DNA of 64,000 bases from Sedimentisphaerales bacterium (GCA_963666285.1 OY762711.1), one strand, 5' to 3'. Positions 20,030-30,508 are shown, numbered from the stretch's first letter. Translations and numbers: made by a program. Notes: generated from the letters alone by a model not told the origin.

Positions 20030-20656
20030 ATGAAAAACATTCTTACAGCATTAGGTGTCGTAATGATCATCCACCTTATCGGTTTGATAGGGCTGGGTGT
20101 TTACGGCCTTGCTTCAGGACGTTTTTCACCCGAAAAACGTCAGCAGTATCTGGCAACCTGGAAAGGCGAAAAGCTGGTTCCATATGTTGAAGAGGTTGTT
20201 GAAGAAGAAGTTGAGGAGTCTCCTAGAGATGCCTCTGCCAGGATTATCGAGCAGCAATTAAACCAGGAAATAGTCAGTCGTGAATTGCAGCTTCAGCTTG
20301 ATTTGCTGAAAAATATGAAAGAGACTCTTGATGAGGCACAGAGCAAACTGCAAAAAGATAAGAATCAGTTTGTTGATAAAAAAGATGAATTTGAAGACAA
20401 GGTTAAAGAATCACAGGATAAAGCCAGAGAGGAAGGATTCAAAAAGGCTTTAGAGACTTTTTCAACCTTAAATCCTAAATATGTAAAAGATGATTTTATG
20501 GTTATGGACGAAAAGGATGTCGTCCGTTTTCTTACGGCCATGAAGCCCGGAGTTCGTACGGAGGTATTGAGTAAATTCCGGGAGCCTGATGAGCAGCTAA
20601 AGCGAGTAAAACTCATTGAATTGCTCAAGGAAAATGGCGTTGTAGATGTCGAATAG
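20030..20656 (+). CDS. MotE/FlbB-like protein (TM, coiled coil, MgtE_N-like helices)
   Basis: Position between fliJ and fliK; C-terminal 'FSTLNPK...FLTAMKP...EVLSKF'. Confidence 0.65.
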   Translation: MKNILTALGVVMIIHLIGLIGLGVYGLASGRFSPEKRQQYLATWKGEKLVPYVEEVVEEEVEESPRDASARIIEQQLNQEIVSRELQLQLDLLKNMKETLDEAQSKLQKDKNQFVDKKDEFEDKVKESQDKAREEGFKKALETFSTLNPKYVKDDFMVMDEKDVVRFLTAMKPGVRTEVLSKFREPDEQLKRVKLIELLKENGVVDVE

Positions 20657-20751
20657 CGGAGTTCTATAAGTTCTCCATGAGAATTGTAATGATCTGGTTT
20701 GATATGTATGTAATTGATCAGGTAATTCTCATTTCGAGGTAAATAAGTTAA

Positions 20752-22416
20752 ATGCCAACTACAAACCCAACAATCAGCAGCTCCACCAGCCAGATTTATA
20801 ATGTTAAATCTGGTGGTTCTCAGAAGACTACTAATGTTACAGATGTCTTTTTTGCAGATACTTTAAACTCTGAATATCAGAGAACGCAGTCGGCAAAAGA
20901 CAGCAATTATGACAGTTTGGTTAAAGAGAAGCCTGTTTCGATAAAAGAAAAATCTACACCGGAACCTGACAAGACCGAAAAGCAAGAACCTGTACGTCCT
21001 GAAAAACAGGATGAGAATCAGTCGGCTGATGAAGTAGAACAAACTGAAGAGCAGCCAAAAGCAGAAGAAAATTCTGCTGACAAAACTGATCAGGATGAGG
21101 GAAAGGTCGATGAAAAAGTGAAATCAGAGGATTCTGATAAAGAAGAAGAAACTCCTCTGGATGCTCTGGCCGGACAGCCGGAAGCTATGACAAATCGCCA
21201 GCAGGCAATGGAGGCAATATCCGTTTTGCAGGTTGATGTTGCAGCAGATAATGATATTGACGATATGGATATTGATATCGAACAGGAAATAGATGCCGCT
21301 CTTGGATCAAAAAGGCAAGATAAAACAATTCAGACACAGGAAGAATCAAATATTGGCAAGTCTGATAGTGGTATCCAGATTCAGGATGCCGGCAAGACTG
21401 ATAAGGAAAACGAACTTACTAATAAAGTAGATGGCAGCAATACCAAAGAAGTTAAAACTGATAATTTGGTTGATACTGAAGTAGAAGTTCAAAATGACAC
21501 AACTGAAGAGTCTGATTTCCAGAATGAACTTGTTAACCTGAAAAAGGATCAGGCGAATACTCAGCAGGTAAAAGCAGAAGTTCAGGTTGCTGAAGTAAAC
21601 GATGAAACAGTTATTGAAACTGAAACTGATGAATCTGAAGTAGATAATAACACGAAAAGCAAAAAAATCGACTTCAAAGATTTTAAGCATGATTATTCTG
21701 CCGGACAGGAACAGATGAGCCAAAATAATTCTGGTTCTGCCGGGACGGAAGATAAAAATGCAAGCCGTGACCATGGTTTTGATCGTGGTGACAATCTTTC
21801 AAAGATAGCATTTGCGTCAAGTACCACCGAAGACAGCAAATCTGTTCAGCAGACGTTAGGGCTGGACAAATCATCTGAAAAGATGGACATAGATTCAACC
21901 AAAAACGTTGATAATATAGTCAAAACAGTTAAGACAATGGTCTCAAACAATTCTTCCAGCATGGTAATCAGACTTGATCCGCCTGAGTTGGGAGAAATGA
22001 GAATCAGTATAAAATCTGGTGCAGACGGCATGTCTATCGAAATTCAGGCAGCAAACGCCAAAAGTCAGCAAATGCTTCAGCAAAGCAGCGGGCAGCTGCG
22101 TTCAGCTCTTGAGAATTCCGGCGTTAATGTTAATAATGTGGATGTTCAGTTCAAGCCGGATATGAAAAATGATGCTAATGCAGGTTCTGATTTCCAGGAT
22201 GACCAGTCAAACTTGTTTGATCAGAATTCGAATCAGAATATGGCTGACAGTGGACGCAATCCTGACGACAGTTTTCAACAGAACTTTAGCTCATGGGCTG
22301 AGGGCGGTGAATTTGAAGATGCTGATTTTGCATCAGCGGAAGCATCTGGAACAACTCAGGATAATAGTGAACAATGGCAGGAAATATCATTCGATGCCGT
22401 TAACGTCTTAATTTAA
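20752..22416 (+). CDS. fliK: Flagellar hook-length control protein FliK
   Basis: Long acidic low-complexity N-terminus, then the IRLDPPELGEMRI T3S4 domain. Confidence 0.92.
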   Translation: MPTTNPTISSSTSQIYNVKSGGSQKTTNVTDVFFADTLNSEYQRTQSAKDSNYDSLVKEKPVSIKEKSTPEPDKTEKQEPVRPEKQDENQSADEVEQTEEQPKAEENSADKTDQDEGKVDEKVKSEDSDKEEETPLDALAGQPEAMTNRQQAMEAISVLQVDVAADNDIDDMDIDIEQEIDAALGSKRQDKTIQTQEESNIGKSDSGIQIQDAGKTDKENELTNKVDGSNTKEVKTDNLVDTEVEVQNDTTEESDFQNELVNLKKDQANTQQVKAEVQVAEVNDETVIETETDESEVDNNTKSKKIDFKDFKHDYSAGQEQMSQNNSGSAGTEDKNASRDHGFDRGDNLSKIAFASSTTEDSKSVQQTLGLDKSSEKMDIDSTKNVDNIVKTVKTMVSNNSSSMVIRLDPPELGEMRISIKSGADGMSIEIQAANAKSQQMLQQSSGQLRSALENSGVNVNNVDVQFKPDMKNDANAGSDFQDDQSNLFDQNSNQNMADSGRNPDDSFQQNFSSWAEGGEFEDADFASAEASGTTQDNSEQWQEISFDAVNVLI

Positions 22417-22427
22417 GGAATTAGAAA

Positions 22428-23228
22428 ATGTCTGATGTGTCAAGTGTATCTTCCTCTACATCTACAAGTACGACTAGTTCTTCTAGTTCTACTAGCGATC
22501 AGTCAATCAGTACGCTCGAATTTATGGAGATTATGATTACCGAGCTTACCAGTCAGGATCCATTTGAGCCTATGAGTAATGCAGACCTGGTCAATCAGAT
22601 GTCAATCATTCAGCAGATGCAGTCTAATCAGGAAATGACTGATTCTTTTGAAGAGCTTATGACTAATTTTGATGATTTGCTGTTTAGAGATTCTCTAAAT
22701 ACAGCTTCTGATATGGTAGGTGAAATTGTATCTGGTTCAACTGATAGCGGTGGGTGGACTACCGGTCGAGTTGTAGCTGTTAGCACGGAAGATGATAATA
22801 TCTACCTTGAGCTCGATACCGGTCTTTCAATTGAATGGACAAATGTTGAGAGGCTTGGCGGAAATAGTTCAGAAGATCTGGTTGGTCAAATAGCTGTTGG
22901 TACTAACGAAGATGGGGTAACTGTTGCCGGAGTAGTCTCTGCAGTTGAACTGGATGAAGATGAGGTTACTCTGCACGTTAATAATTACAGTGATGGAACG
23001 ACTTCTAGTGTGCCATTATCTAGTGCAAGTTTAATCAATGCTGATACTGCCGATCTGTTAATTGGCAGGACTGTTGAAGGTACAGATATTGATTCTAGTG
23101 AAAGTATCACAGGTGTTGTCGAATCTGTTGTCTGGGAAGGGGATAACCAGGTGCGGCTATCTATTGTGGATAGTAGTGGAGAATCTCTTGGTAGTGTTTA
23201 TATGAATACTGTCGAGTCGATATATTAA
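22428..23228 (+). CDS. flgD: Hook-capping protein FlgD with triplicated C-terminal domain
   Basis: FMEIMITELTSQDPFEPMSNADLVNQM. Confidence 0.9.
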   Translation: MSDVSSVSSSTSTSTTSSSSSTSDQSISTLEFMEIMITELTSQDPFEPMSNADLVNQMSIIQQMQSNQEMTDSFEELMTNFDDLLFRDSLNTASDMVGEIVSGSTDSGGWTTGRVVAVSTEDDNIYLELDTGLSIEWTNVERLGGNSSEDLVGQIAVGTNEDGVTVAGVVSAVELDEDEVTLHVNNYSDGTTSSVPLSSASLINADTADLLIGRTVEGTDIDSSESITGVVESVVWEGDNQVRLSIVDSSGESLGSVYMNTVESIY

Positions 23229-23299
23229 TAAGTAAATAATAAATATTGTTCTTATGCCAATAAAAATGCAAATAGAACTGAATTAAATCGGAGAAAAAC

Positions 23300-25096
23300 A
23301 TGGGCTTAACCTCATCATTATTCGTCGGTCTTTCCGGCATGCAGACAAATGAAAGTAGAATGGACGTTGTAGGTAACAATATCTCTAATGTTAATACCTA
23401 TGCATTTAAATCACAACGAGTAAACTTTCAGACTCAGTTTTATAATATGTTGAGCTTTGGTTCAGCCCCCAGTGGAACCTATGGTGGAACTAACCCAATG
23501 GAAGTTGGTACAGGAGCTACTATTGGTGCCATTACCAAGGATTTTTCTGCTGGTGCACCTGAAACTACCGGAATTAAAACTGACCTTGCTATTCAAGGTG
23601 ATGGTATGTTCATTGTACAGGATACTGAAGGTGCCAACCATTACACACGAGACGGAAGTTTTCAGTTCAATTCAGAAAATTATCTGCTCAGTTCTGATGG
23701 ATATTACCTTCAGGGATATGGAGTTGATTCAAACTTTAATATTGTTGAAGGTACACTTTCGAGGCTTAGGATTCCGCTTGGAGAAATTACTACTGCAGAA
23801 AGTACCACTAAGACGTATTTCAGTGGAGACTTAAATGCTAATGGTGATCCTGCAATTACCAGCACTGGTATAGTTGCTAACCTTAGAGGTGTTCTTGGTT
23901 CTCAGATTCTTAATGATGGCGCTGGCGGGGATATTACAGATGCCACTTTATTAACTGATATGGAAAATGATACGGGAGCATTTTTATTAGAAGGCAATAT
24001 TATTCAGCTTGATAATGCCGTAAAAGGTGGTAAGACACTTCCTGTCGAACAGTTTTTGGTTGAATCAACAAGTACTGTTGGCGATCTTATGACATGGATG
24101 CAGGATGTTCTTGGAATAAATACTGATTCTGTTCTTTCTGATCTTGATGGTGACGGTCTTGCTGATACTGACGTTAATGGTGAAACAGTGCCATTGCCGG
24201 GTGTTAGGATTGCAACTGATACAACAGCTGCCGGTGCCCAGTCATATATTGAAGTTGTTTCCAATATGGGAACTGATAGTGAGCTGGAACTTGGTAATGA
24301 AGCATTTAAAATTCTTCAGGGAACTGCAGCTACAGCTCCGGCTCAAACATTACCGCTGTCTTTTGCAGCAGAAGATGGTTTTGTCTTGGCTGAAGTTGAA
24401 AGTGTTATGACTTCCTTTAGGGCTTATGATTCGCTCGGCATTCCAATGGATGTTGACCTGACTCTAACTATGGTGGAGAAGAGTAATAACGGTATTACCT
24501 GGCGATATTTTGCTGAATGTTCTGATGATACAGATACCAGCCGTGTAGTTGGTTCTGGTACTTTAACTTTTGATTCGAACGGTAATTTTCTGGAAGCATC
24601 AGATAGTGTTATTACTATCGATCGTGCCAATACTGGAGCAGCTACTCCTCAAACTATTGAGCTTGATTTCAGTAATATGGATGGTTATGCGATATCAACA
24701 AGTGCAATTTCTCTTTTAAGCCAGGATGGTTTCCAGTCTGGTACACTGGAAGATTTTTCAATTGGAACAGATGGTGTTATAACTGGTTCATTTACAAATG
24801 GTTTGACACGTCAGCTTGGTCAGGTTGTCCTTGCTACATTTAGAAATTATGAAGGTTTATTGAGTGATTCAAACAACTTATACTCGACCGGTCCAAACTC
24901 TGGTCAGCCTATTATTAAAAAGCCTAGCGAGTTGGGTGCCGGTACGGTAACCTCGACCGCACTTGAATTAAGTAATGTTGATCTTAGTAAGGAATTTATT
25001 AATCTGATTGTTAGCAGTACTGGTTTTTCAGCATCTTCGAAGGTTATCCAGACAAGTAATGATTTGCTGACGCAGCTGATCAATTTAACAAGGTAA
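23300..25096 (+). CDS. flgE: Flagellar hook protein FlgE
   Basis: GLSGM..MDVVGNNISNVNT, DLAIQGDG, YTRDGSF, LELSNVDLSKEF. Confidence 0.96.
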   Translation: MGLTSSLFVGLSGMQTNESRMDVVGNNISNVNTYAFKSQRVNFQTQFYNMLSFGSAPSGTYGGTNPMEVGTGATIGAITKDFSAGAPETTGIKTDLAIQGDGMFIVQDTEGANHYTRDGSFQFNSENYLLSSDGYYLQGYGVDSNFNIVEGTLSRLRIPLGEITTAESTTKTYFSGDLNANGDPAITSTGIVANLRGVLGSQILNDGAGGDITDATLLTDMENDTGAFLLEGNIIQLDNAVKGGKTLPVEQFLVESTSTVGDLMTWMQDVLGINTDSVLSDLDGDGLADTDVNGETVPLPGVRIATDTTAAGAQSYIEVVSNMGTDSELELGNEAFKILQGTAATAPAQTLPLSFAAEDGFVLAEVESVMTSFRAYDSLGIPMDVDLTLTMVEKSNNGITWRYFAECSDDTDTSRVVGSGTLTFDSNGNFLEASDSVITIDRANTGAATPQTIELDFSNMDGYAISTSAISLLSQDGFQSGTLEDFSIGTDGVITGSFTNGLTRQLGQVVLATFRNYEGLLSDSNNLYSTGPNSGQPIIKKPSELGAGTVTSTALELSNVDLSKEFINLIVSSTGFSASSKVIQTSNDLLTQLINLTR

Positions 25097-25106
25097 AAAA
25101 TTAAAG

Positions 25107-25160
25107 TAGGTTTCACTTTAGGTTTCACCTTTAGATTTCACTTTAGGTTTTACTTTAGGT
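25107..25160. repeat. 12-bp tandem repeat (TAGGTTTCACTT), about 4.4 copies
   Basis: taggtttcactt taggtttcacctt tagatttcactt taggttttactt taggt, just after the flgE stop. Confidence 0.9.
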
Positions 25161-25198
25161 GATGCCGTAATTTATATTTATATTATTTGCTTACCCCG

Positions 25199-25238
25199 GG
25201 CCTCGTGACAGGGGTGTTTATTCTGCTGTCGCGAGGCC
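25199..25238 (+). other. Stem-loop between flgE and flbD (attenuator or mRNA stabiliser)
   Basis: ggcctcgtgacag ... ctgtcgcgaggcc, no U-tract. Confidence 0.55.
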
Positions 25239-25288
25239 ATCTTAAAAACAAATGTCGGCCGATTTTAGAGGTTCGATACGAATAAATA

Positions 25289-25483
25289 ATGATTTCTGTT
25301 ACCAGAATAAATGGAAAACGCTTTGTAATTAATGCTGAGCTTATCAGGTTTATCGAGAGTACTCCCGATACTATGATTACTATGATTTCCGGTGATAAGG
25401 TAATGGTGAAAGAGACAATCGAAGAAGTAGTAGAAAAAGCAGTGGATTATGCCCGTCAGGTGCGGGTTTTTGCTGTTAAATAA
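25289..25483 (+). CDS. flbD: FlbD/SwrD family flagellar protein
   Basis: MISVTRING..FVINAELI..IESTPDT..T...G.K..VKE. Confidence 0.93.
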   Translation: MISVTRINGKRFVINAELIRFIESTPDTMITMISGDKVMVKETIEEVVEKAVDYARQVRVFAVK

Positions 25484-25521
25484 CGAGATTATTTAATAAG
25501 AATTACAGGATATTTTTATAT

Positions 25522-26301
25522 ATGGATCTTGCAACACTAATTGGTTTGCTTATAGCCTGGGGTTTGGTACTCTTCTCCATTTTCTCCAGTGCCAAGCAAT
25601 ATGCTCCTGTTTTTATTGACATGCCGTCTATGATGATTGTTGCCGGTGGTGCTTTTGGGGCAGTTATGATAACAGTCCCGCTAACCAGATTTCTAAAGAT
25701 GGGTAAGTTCTTTAGTAAAGCACTGATGCATAAAGATCAGTCAGCGAATAAACTTATAGAAGATTTGGTAGGTTTTGCGGAAATTGCCAGGCGAGATGGT
25801 ATTTTATCGCTTGAAAATGCAGTAAAAGATGCAGATGACCCGTTTATTGTAAAAGGCATCCAGATGGCAGTTGACGGCACAGACCCGGAGCTGATCGAAG
25901 CAATTATGGAAGCTGAGCTTGACGCACTTATGGACCGGCATGACAATGGAAAAGCAGTTTTTGACAATTTTGGCAAGTATGCACCGGCCATGGGTATGAT
26001 TGGTACCTTGATTGGTCTGGTGGTGATGCTTATGAACATGGATGATCCAAGTGCTATTGGTCCTGCTATGGCGGTTGCTCTTATTACAACTTTATATGGT
26101 TCTATGATAGCGAATATGTTCGCGTTGCCGATTGCCGATAAGCTGGCTACCAGGAATGATGAAGAGGTTATGCTCAAAACCATTATTATTAAAGGTGTTA
26201 TGAGTATTCAATCAGGAGATAACCCTCGAATTGTAGAGCAGAAGCTGAAAACTTATCTACCGCCAAATGAGCGAGGAAGTGAAGAAGAGCCGGCTGAGTA
26301 A
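25522..26301 (+). CDS. motA: Flagellar stator A subunit (PomA/MotP-like)
   Basis: ARRDGILSLE, APAMGMIGTLIGLV, GPAMAVALITTLYG. Confidence 0.95.
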   Translation: MDLATLIGLLIAWGLVLFSIFSSAKQYAPVFIDMPSMMIVAGGAFGAVMITVPLTRFLKMGKFFSKALMHKDQSANKLIEDLVGFAEIARRDGILSLENAVKDADDPFIVKGIQMAVDGTDPELIEAIMEAELDALMDRHDNGKAVFDNFGKYAPAMGMIGTLIGLVVMLMNMDDPSAIGPAMAVALITTLYGSMIANMFALPIADKLATRNDEEVMLKTIIIKGVMSIQSGDNPRIVEQKLKTYLPPNERGSEEEPAE

Positions 26302-26341
26302 TACAGGTATTTTATAGCAGTTTCAGCTGATAGATAATTAT

Positions 26342-27091
26342 ATGGGTAAGAAGAAAGAAAAAAAAGCTCCTGAAGGCGCACCTGACTGGATGGTTACATA
26401 TGGTGATATGATGACTCTCCTGTTCTGTTTTTTCGTAATTATCGTGTCTATGTCGGAGATAAAAAAGGATATCGAGTTTGAAAAAGTTCTCGAATCCATA
26501 AGAGAGGCGTTTGGTTATAAAGGCGGTGTTGGCAAGCTGCCATCGCCGACAACACCTAAAAACAGTACAATTACACCGATGACGCAGCTGATTTTAAGGA
26601 AATTCCAGCTGCAGATAGGTAAAAGCTCGGATGAAGGTATCGAAGGAGAAAATCCCAGTGTAACAAAAATCCGGGAGGGATATGAATTTACCTCTGGTGG
26701 AATAGTAATGTTTGCCCCTGGCAAGGCTCGGCTGCTCGAGCCGGCTAAGGCCGCGCTGGACGAATATATTCCTATTATTATTGGTATGAATACAAAAATA
26801 CGTATAAAAGGGCATGCCAATAAGAAAAGTCCTGAGATGTACGCACCATTTAAGGATCTTGATGATTTGTCTTTTTCCCGGGCAAAAGCGGTAAAAGAAT
26901 ACCTGGTAAGTAAGGGAATCAGGGCCAACCGAATAACCCTGGAGGCCTGTGGAGCTAATGAACCACTCAGGTCTCAGCCTTATGACGAGAAAAACAAGGC
27001 AAAAAATCGCCGGGTTTCTATAATTGCCACTGAGGAAATTACCGATGATTATAGTGGACAAGGAATGGAAGTAGATGAAAAACAGCTGTAG
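26342..27091 (+). CDS. motB: Flagellar stator B subunit
   Basis: WMVTYGDMMTLLFCFF TM helix and an OmpA-like C-terminus (LS..RA..V, NRRV). Confidence 0.95.
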   Translation: MGKKKEKKAPEGAPDWMVTYGDMMTLLFCFFVIIVSMSEIKKDIEFEKVLESIREAFGYKGGVGKLPSPTTPKNSTITPMTQLILRKFQLQIGKSSDEGIEGENPSVTKIREGYEFTSGGIVMFAPGKARLLEPAKAALDEYIPIIIGMNTKIRIKGHANKKSPEMYAPFKDLDDLSFSRAKAVKEYLVSKGIRANRITLEACGANEPLRSQPYDEKNKAKNRRVSIIATEEITDDYSGQGMEVDEKQL

Positions 27092-27169
27092 TTTTGGCTG
27101 ATTTTGTAAGTTGATATTTTACAAGAGTTAATGAATTAATAATTCTATCTTGTTCCATGGAAGTAAATA

Positions 27170-27706
27170 ATGGCAAAAGAAGAAAAAGCACAAAAAAATA
27201 CCGAAGGTAACGAAGATTTACAAACACCTAAGAAAAAATTACCAATTAAGGTGATAATAATTGTTCTTGCAGTGGTTCTGATGGAAGTTGGGACGATACT
27301 TTTCTTCAAGATGTCAAATAAACCAGAAGAAGTTGAAGGTGATACCGCTCCGATAGACCCGACAGCAAAGATAGTTGAAGCCGCTGAAAGTGAACTTATG
27401 GTGGTTGAGGACCTCAGTGTTGACAACTGGACAACTGGTAAGACCAAATATATAGTAAATTTCAGTGTTGCTATCAAGGTTGAGAATGCGGTAAAGGAGA
27501 AAATGACCGAAAAATTGACCCAGCATCAGAGCGAGATTAAGCAGATCCTGGGCCAGATAGTGGGCAAGGCTGAGCCGTCAATGCTGAAAGATCCAGAAAG
27601 GATCATAATTGCCCGTCAGATGAAGGCCGAACTGGACGCAATAATAGGTGAAGATGTCATAGTGGAACTATTGATACCGACCTGGAGTGCGATGCCAGTA
27701 GAGTAA
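27170..27706 (+). CDS. fliL: Flagellar basal-body-associated FliL
   Basis: KKK followed by a single TM helix and a periplasmic domain; follows motB. Confidence 0.75.
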   Translation: MAKEEKAQKNTEGNEDLQTPKKKLPIKVIIIVLAVVLMEVGTILFFKMSNKPEEVEGDTAPIDPTAKIVEAAESELMVVEDLSVDNWTTGKTKYIVNFSVAIKVENAVKEKMTEKLTQHQSEIKQILGQIVGKAEPSMLKDPERIIIARQMKAELDAIIGEDVIVELLIPTWSAMPVE

Positions 27707-28018
27707 AAAGCATATATAGTTTTGTTAGATTGATGGCATTTTTAAGCTATTTTTCGAAAGTATATTAAATTCAAAGTGTTGCAGGAAGGCCCTTTTAGGC
27801 GATTTACCAGAGGCACTTCGTTATTGCACCTTAAAAACTACGAAAGTAAGCAGCTGTTATATTATCGATATTTACCCCAATTATAGCTTTATATTAGCGA
27901 AAAAGGTATATCCGGTTAATATAGTTCCGATAACATGCGTTTTTTGTTGCATTAGAATATATCTGTTATACAATATATTACGAATTAAGTATTAGTTATT
28001 GTTACATTAGAAGTAATT

Positions 28019-28504
28019 ATGGCAGAAGAAGTTGACATAGACAAAGAATTCCCGATGCCCGAAGAAGAGTCAAGCGGCGGAGGCGCAATTAGTGATGAGG
28101 ACGCAGAGGCCCTGGCCCTTCAGGCAATGGCCGAAGCGGGACTTGCAGATAAGCCTGAAGTACCGTCATTGCCGGACTTTTCCGGGATGCTTTCAGAAGC
28201 CGCTGAAAGCAGTATCGATATTCTGAATGACGTTGAGCTGGATGTAAAAGTCGAGTTGGGTCGTTCGGATATGGAAGTCGATCAGGTTCTTAAGCTAACT
28301 GCCGGTTCGGTAGTAGAGCTTGACAAGCTTGCCGGTGACCCGGTTGATATTCTTGTCAATGATCAGCTAATTGCCAGAGGCGAAGTTTTGGTCATAAATG
28401 ATAACTTCTGTGTTCGTGTCAATGAGATAGTTCCGGGTATCAGCGAGCTTCAGCCGTTCATGGATGATGCCAAGGGTAGAAAACGGGCCGGCCAAGAGCA
28501 ATAA
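28019..28504 (+). CDS. fliN: Flagellar motor switch protein FliN
   Basis: DVELDVKVELGR...GSVVELDKLAGDPVDILVN..IARGEVLVI. Confidence 0.95.
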   Translation: MAEEVDIDKEFPMPEEESSGGGAISDEDAEALALQAMAEAGLADKPEVPSLPDFSGMLSEAAESSIDILNDVELDVKVELGRSDMEVDQVLKLTAGSVVELDKLAGDPVDILVNDQLIARGEVLVINDNFCVRVNEIVPGISELQPFMDDAKGRKRAGQEQ

Positions 28505-28601
28505 CTAATTTTCTATCGTTTATATTGTATATTACTTTTGGCTGAAATCAGCCCGGTGACGTGGATGTGTTGCCGATGTATGCGTTATTGGCGGAGCCGA
28601 T

Positions 28602-29486
28602 ATGATACGGATATATTCAGACAAGCCTATAAAATCCATATTTATATATGTGATTATCCTATTCCTTTTCTGCCCAGTATTTGCGCAGTCTCTTTCCTCT
28701 AAGCCAGAATTAAAAACCGATCAGAAGGTAACTGACCAGGAAATGCAGTTAATGCAGCAGTTTGCATCTGATAGCAGTTCTGAATCGGGCTTAAAATCAG
28801 CTGACAGACAGGAACGCAAGCAATATACCCCGCCAAGTGGTACTGACAAGCTCGATAATATTGCTCAGAAAGAAAGTCAGACGATCAGTAAAAAATCTGA
28901 CACCACATCGATAGGTTCTTCAGATTCTATTTCCGGAGCAGATAATTCTAAAGGTTCTAATAGTGACGGTAATAAAACGACGTCCAGAAAAACGCCTGGT
29001 ATATGGCAGCCATTATTTTCTCTTTTGGGAGTAATTACAGTTATTGTTGTCATGGCGTGGCTGATAAAGAGGTTCTTTCCAAGCCAGGTGAATTCGGGTG
29101 TTGGTGATGTTATCCAGGTAATCGGCAGAGTTAGTATTGATAATAGGAATACTTTATGCCTGGCGAAGTTCGGTAATGAAATAGTTCTACTGGGTGTTGG
29201 TATTAATGGAGTAAATCTAATCGATAAAGTTTCTGACCCTGATAAGATTGCTTCGCTACTCGGCAAGATCGAAGCGGCGCGGGTGAGCTCGATCTCTAAA
29301 TCATTTTCCAATGTTTTCAAAAATGCACGTGGAGATTACCTGGACGATAACCTTGAAGATGAGGAGATAATCGAAGAGTATGATGACGAAGGTTCGGTTG
29401 AAAGCCGTAAGGATGATGAGTTAGCCGGCCTTTTGAATAAGGTAAAGGGATTGAGCAAGCTAAAACAAAATAAACGTGATCATTAA
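28602..29486 (+). CDS. fliO: FliO/FliZ family protein
   Basis: Signal-like N-terminus, TM helix, then 'IQVIGRVSIDNRNTLCLAKFGNEIVLLGV'; lies between fliN and fliP. Confidence 0.85.
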   Translation: MIRIYSDKPIKSIFIYVIILFLFCPVFAQSLSSKPELKTDQKVTDQEMQLMQQFASDSSSESGLKSADRQERKQYTPPSGTDKLDNIAQKESQTISKKSDTTSIGSSDSISGADNSKGSNSDGNKTTSRKTPGIWQPLFSLLGVITVIVVMAWLIKRFFPSQVNSGVGDVIQVIGRVSIDNRNTLCLAKFGNEIVLLGVGINGVNLIDKVSDPDKIASLLGKIEAARVSSISKSFSNVFKNARGDYLDDNLEDEEIIEEYDDEGSVESRKDDELAGLLNKVKGLSKLKQNKRDH

Positions 29487-30361
29487 TGACGAGAATAGTA
29501 ATAACAATAATTTTATGTCTGGGTTCGGTTCAGATGGCATTTGGCCAGGTTGAATCAGTTACGGGTGAGACAGTTGTATCACCTGATACTGTGGTAGACT
29601 CTAATACAACGATAAATATAAGCGATCCCGGACAGATGATTCAAGATGCAGTCAAGCCTGAGCGGCTGTCTGTAACGCTGGAAATCGTTATCTTGATGAC
29701 GGCAATTGCTTTGGTGCCGTCGATCCTGGTGATGATGACGAGTTTTACCCGGATAATTGTGGTATTGGGATTACTTCGTCAGGCGATGGGTACTCAGCAG
29801 CTGCCGCCGGCACAGGTGATAACGGCACTGGCGTTGTTTATGACGTTTTTTATAATGGGTCCGACCTGGAAAGATATTAACCGGGACGCGATTCAGCCAT
29901 ATGTTAACCCGCCGGAAGGGCAGGCACCAATCGGCCAGGAAGAGCTATGGTCGAGGACAATTGCCCATTTCAGATCGTTTATGATCAGGCAGATAGAAGC
30001 GACCGGTAATACAGATGATGTATATATGTTTGTTTCTTTTGATGAGACCTCGCCAGAGCTGGGCGAGAAGCTTCGTAATGGTACGCTGCAATGGCAGGAT
30101 GTGTCGACGGCTGCGTTGATCCCATCGTTTATGACCAGTGAGCTGAAGCAGGCTTTTCTTATGGGTTTCTATATCTATCTGCCGTTCCTGGTAATTGATA
30201 TGGTGATAGCTTCGATCCTTATGTCGATGGGAATGATGATGCTGCCGCCGGTGATGATTTCTATGCCGTTTAAGCTTCTGCTGTTTGTGATGGTTGACGG
30301 CTGGCATACGGTTGTTGGAACGCTGATCCACAGTTTTACGAGTAACCCGCCGCCAATTTAA
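29486..30361 (+). CDS. fliP: Export gate protein FliP
   Basis: MMTSFTRIIVV, GTQQLPP, PSFMTSELK, MGMMMLPPVMISMPFKLLLFV. Confidence 0.98.
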   Translation: MTRIVITIILCLGSVQMAFGQVESVTGETVVSPDTVVDSNTTINISDPGQMIQDAVKPERLSVTLEIVILMTAIALVPSILVMMTSFTRIIVVLGLLRQAMGTQQLPPAQVITALALFMTFFIMGPTWKDINRDAIQPYVNPPEGQAPIGQEELWSRTIAHFRSFMIRQIEATGNTDDVYMFVSFDETSPELGEKLRNGTLQWQDVSTAALIPSFMTSELKQAFLMGFYIYLPFLVIDMVIASILMSMGMMMLPPVMISMPFKLLLFVMVDGWHTVVGTLIHSFTSNPPPI

Positions 30362-30508
30362 GTGAATAAATAAAAGTGAAAAGCTGCGGTGTTCGTCCGC
30401 ATTATGCGGTCTCACGCATAGTTTAAAGTTACGCTTGATTGGTAGGTAAGTCGCGGAGCGGCAGGCGAGTTTAGAAATAATTCATTGCGAAAGGAATGGA
30501 AATATATC

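Noticed and set aside
27733..27830. Sigma54-like sites upstream of fliN
   Set aside because: GG-to-GC spacing is 9 or 12, not 10.
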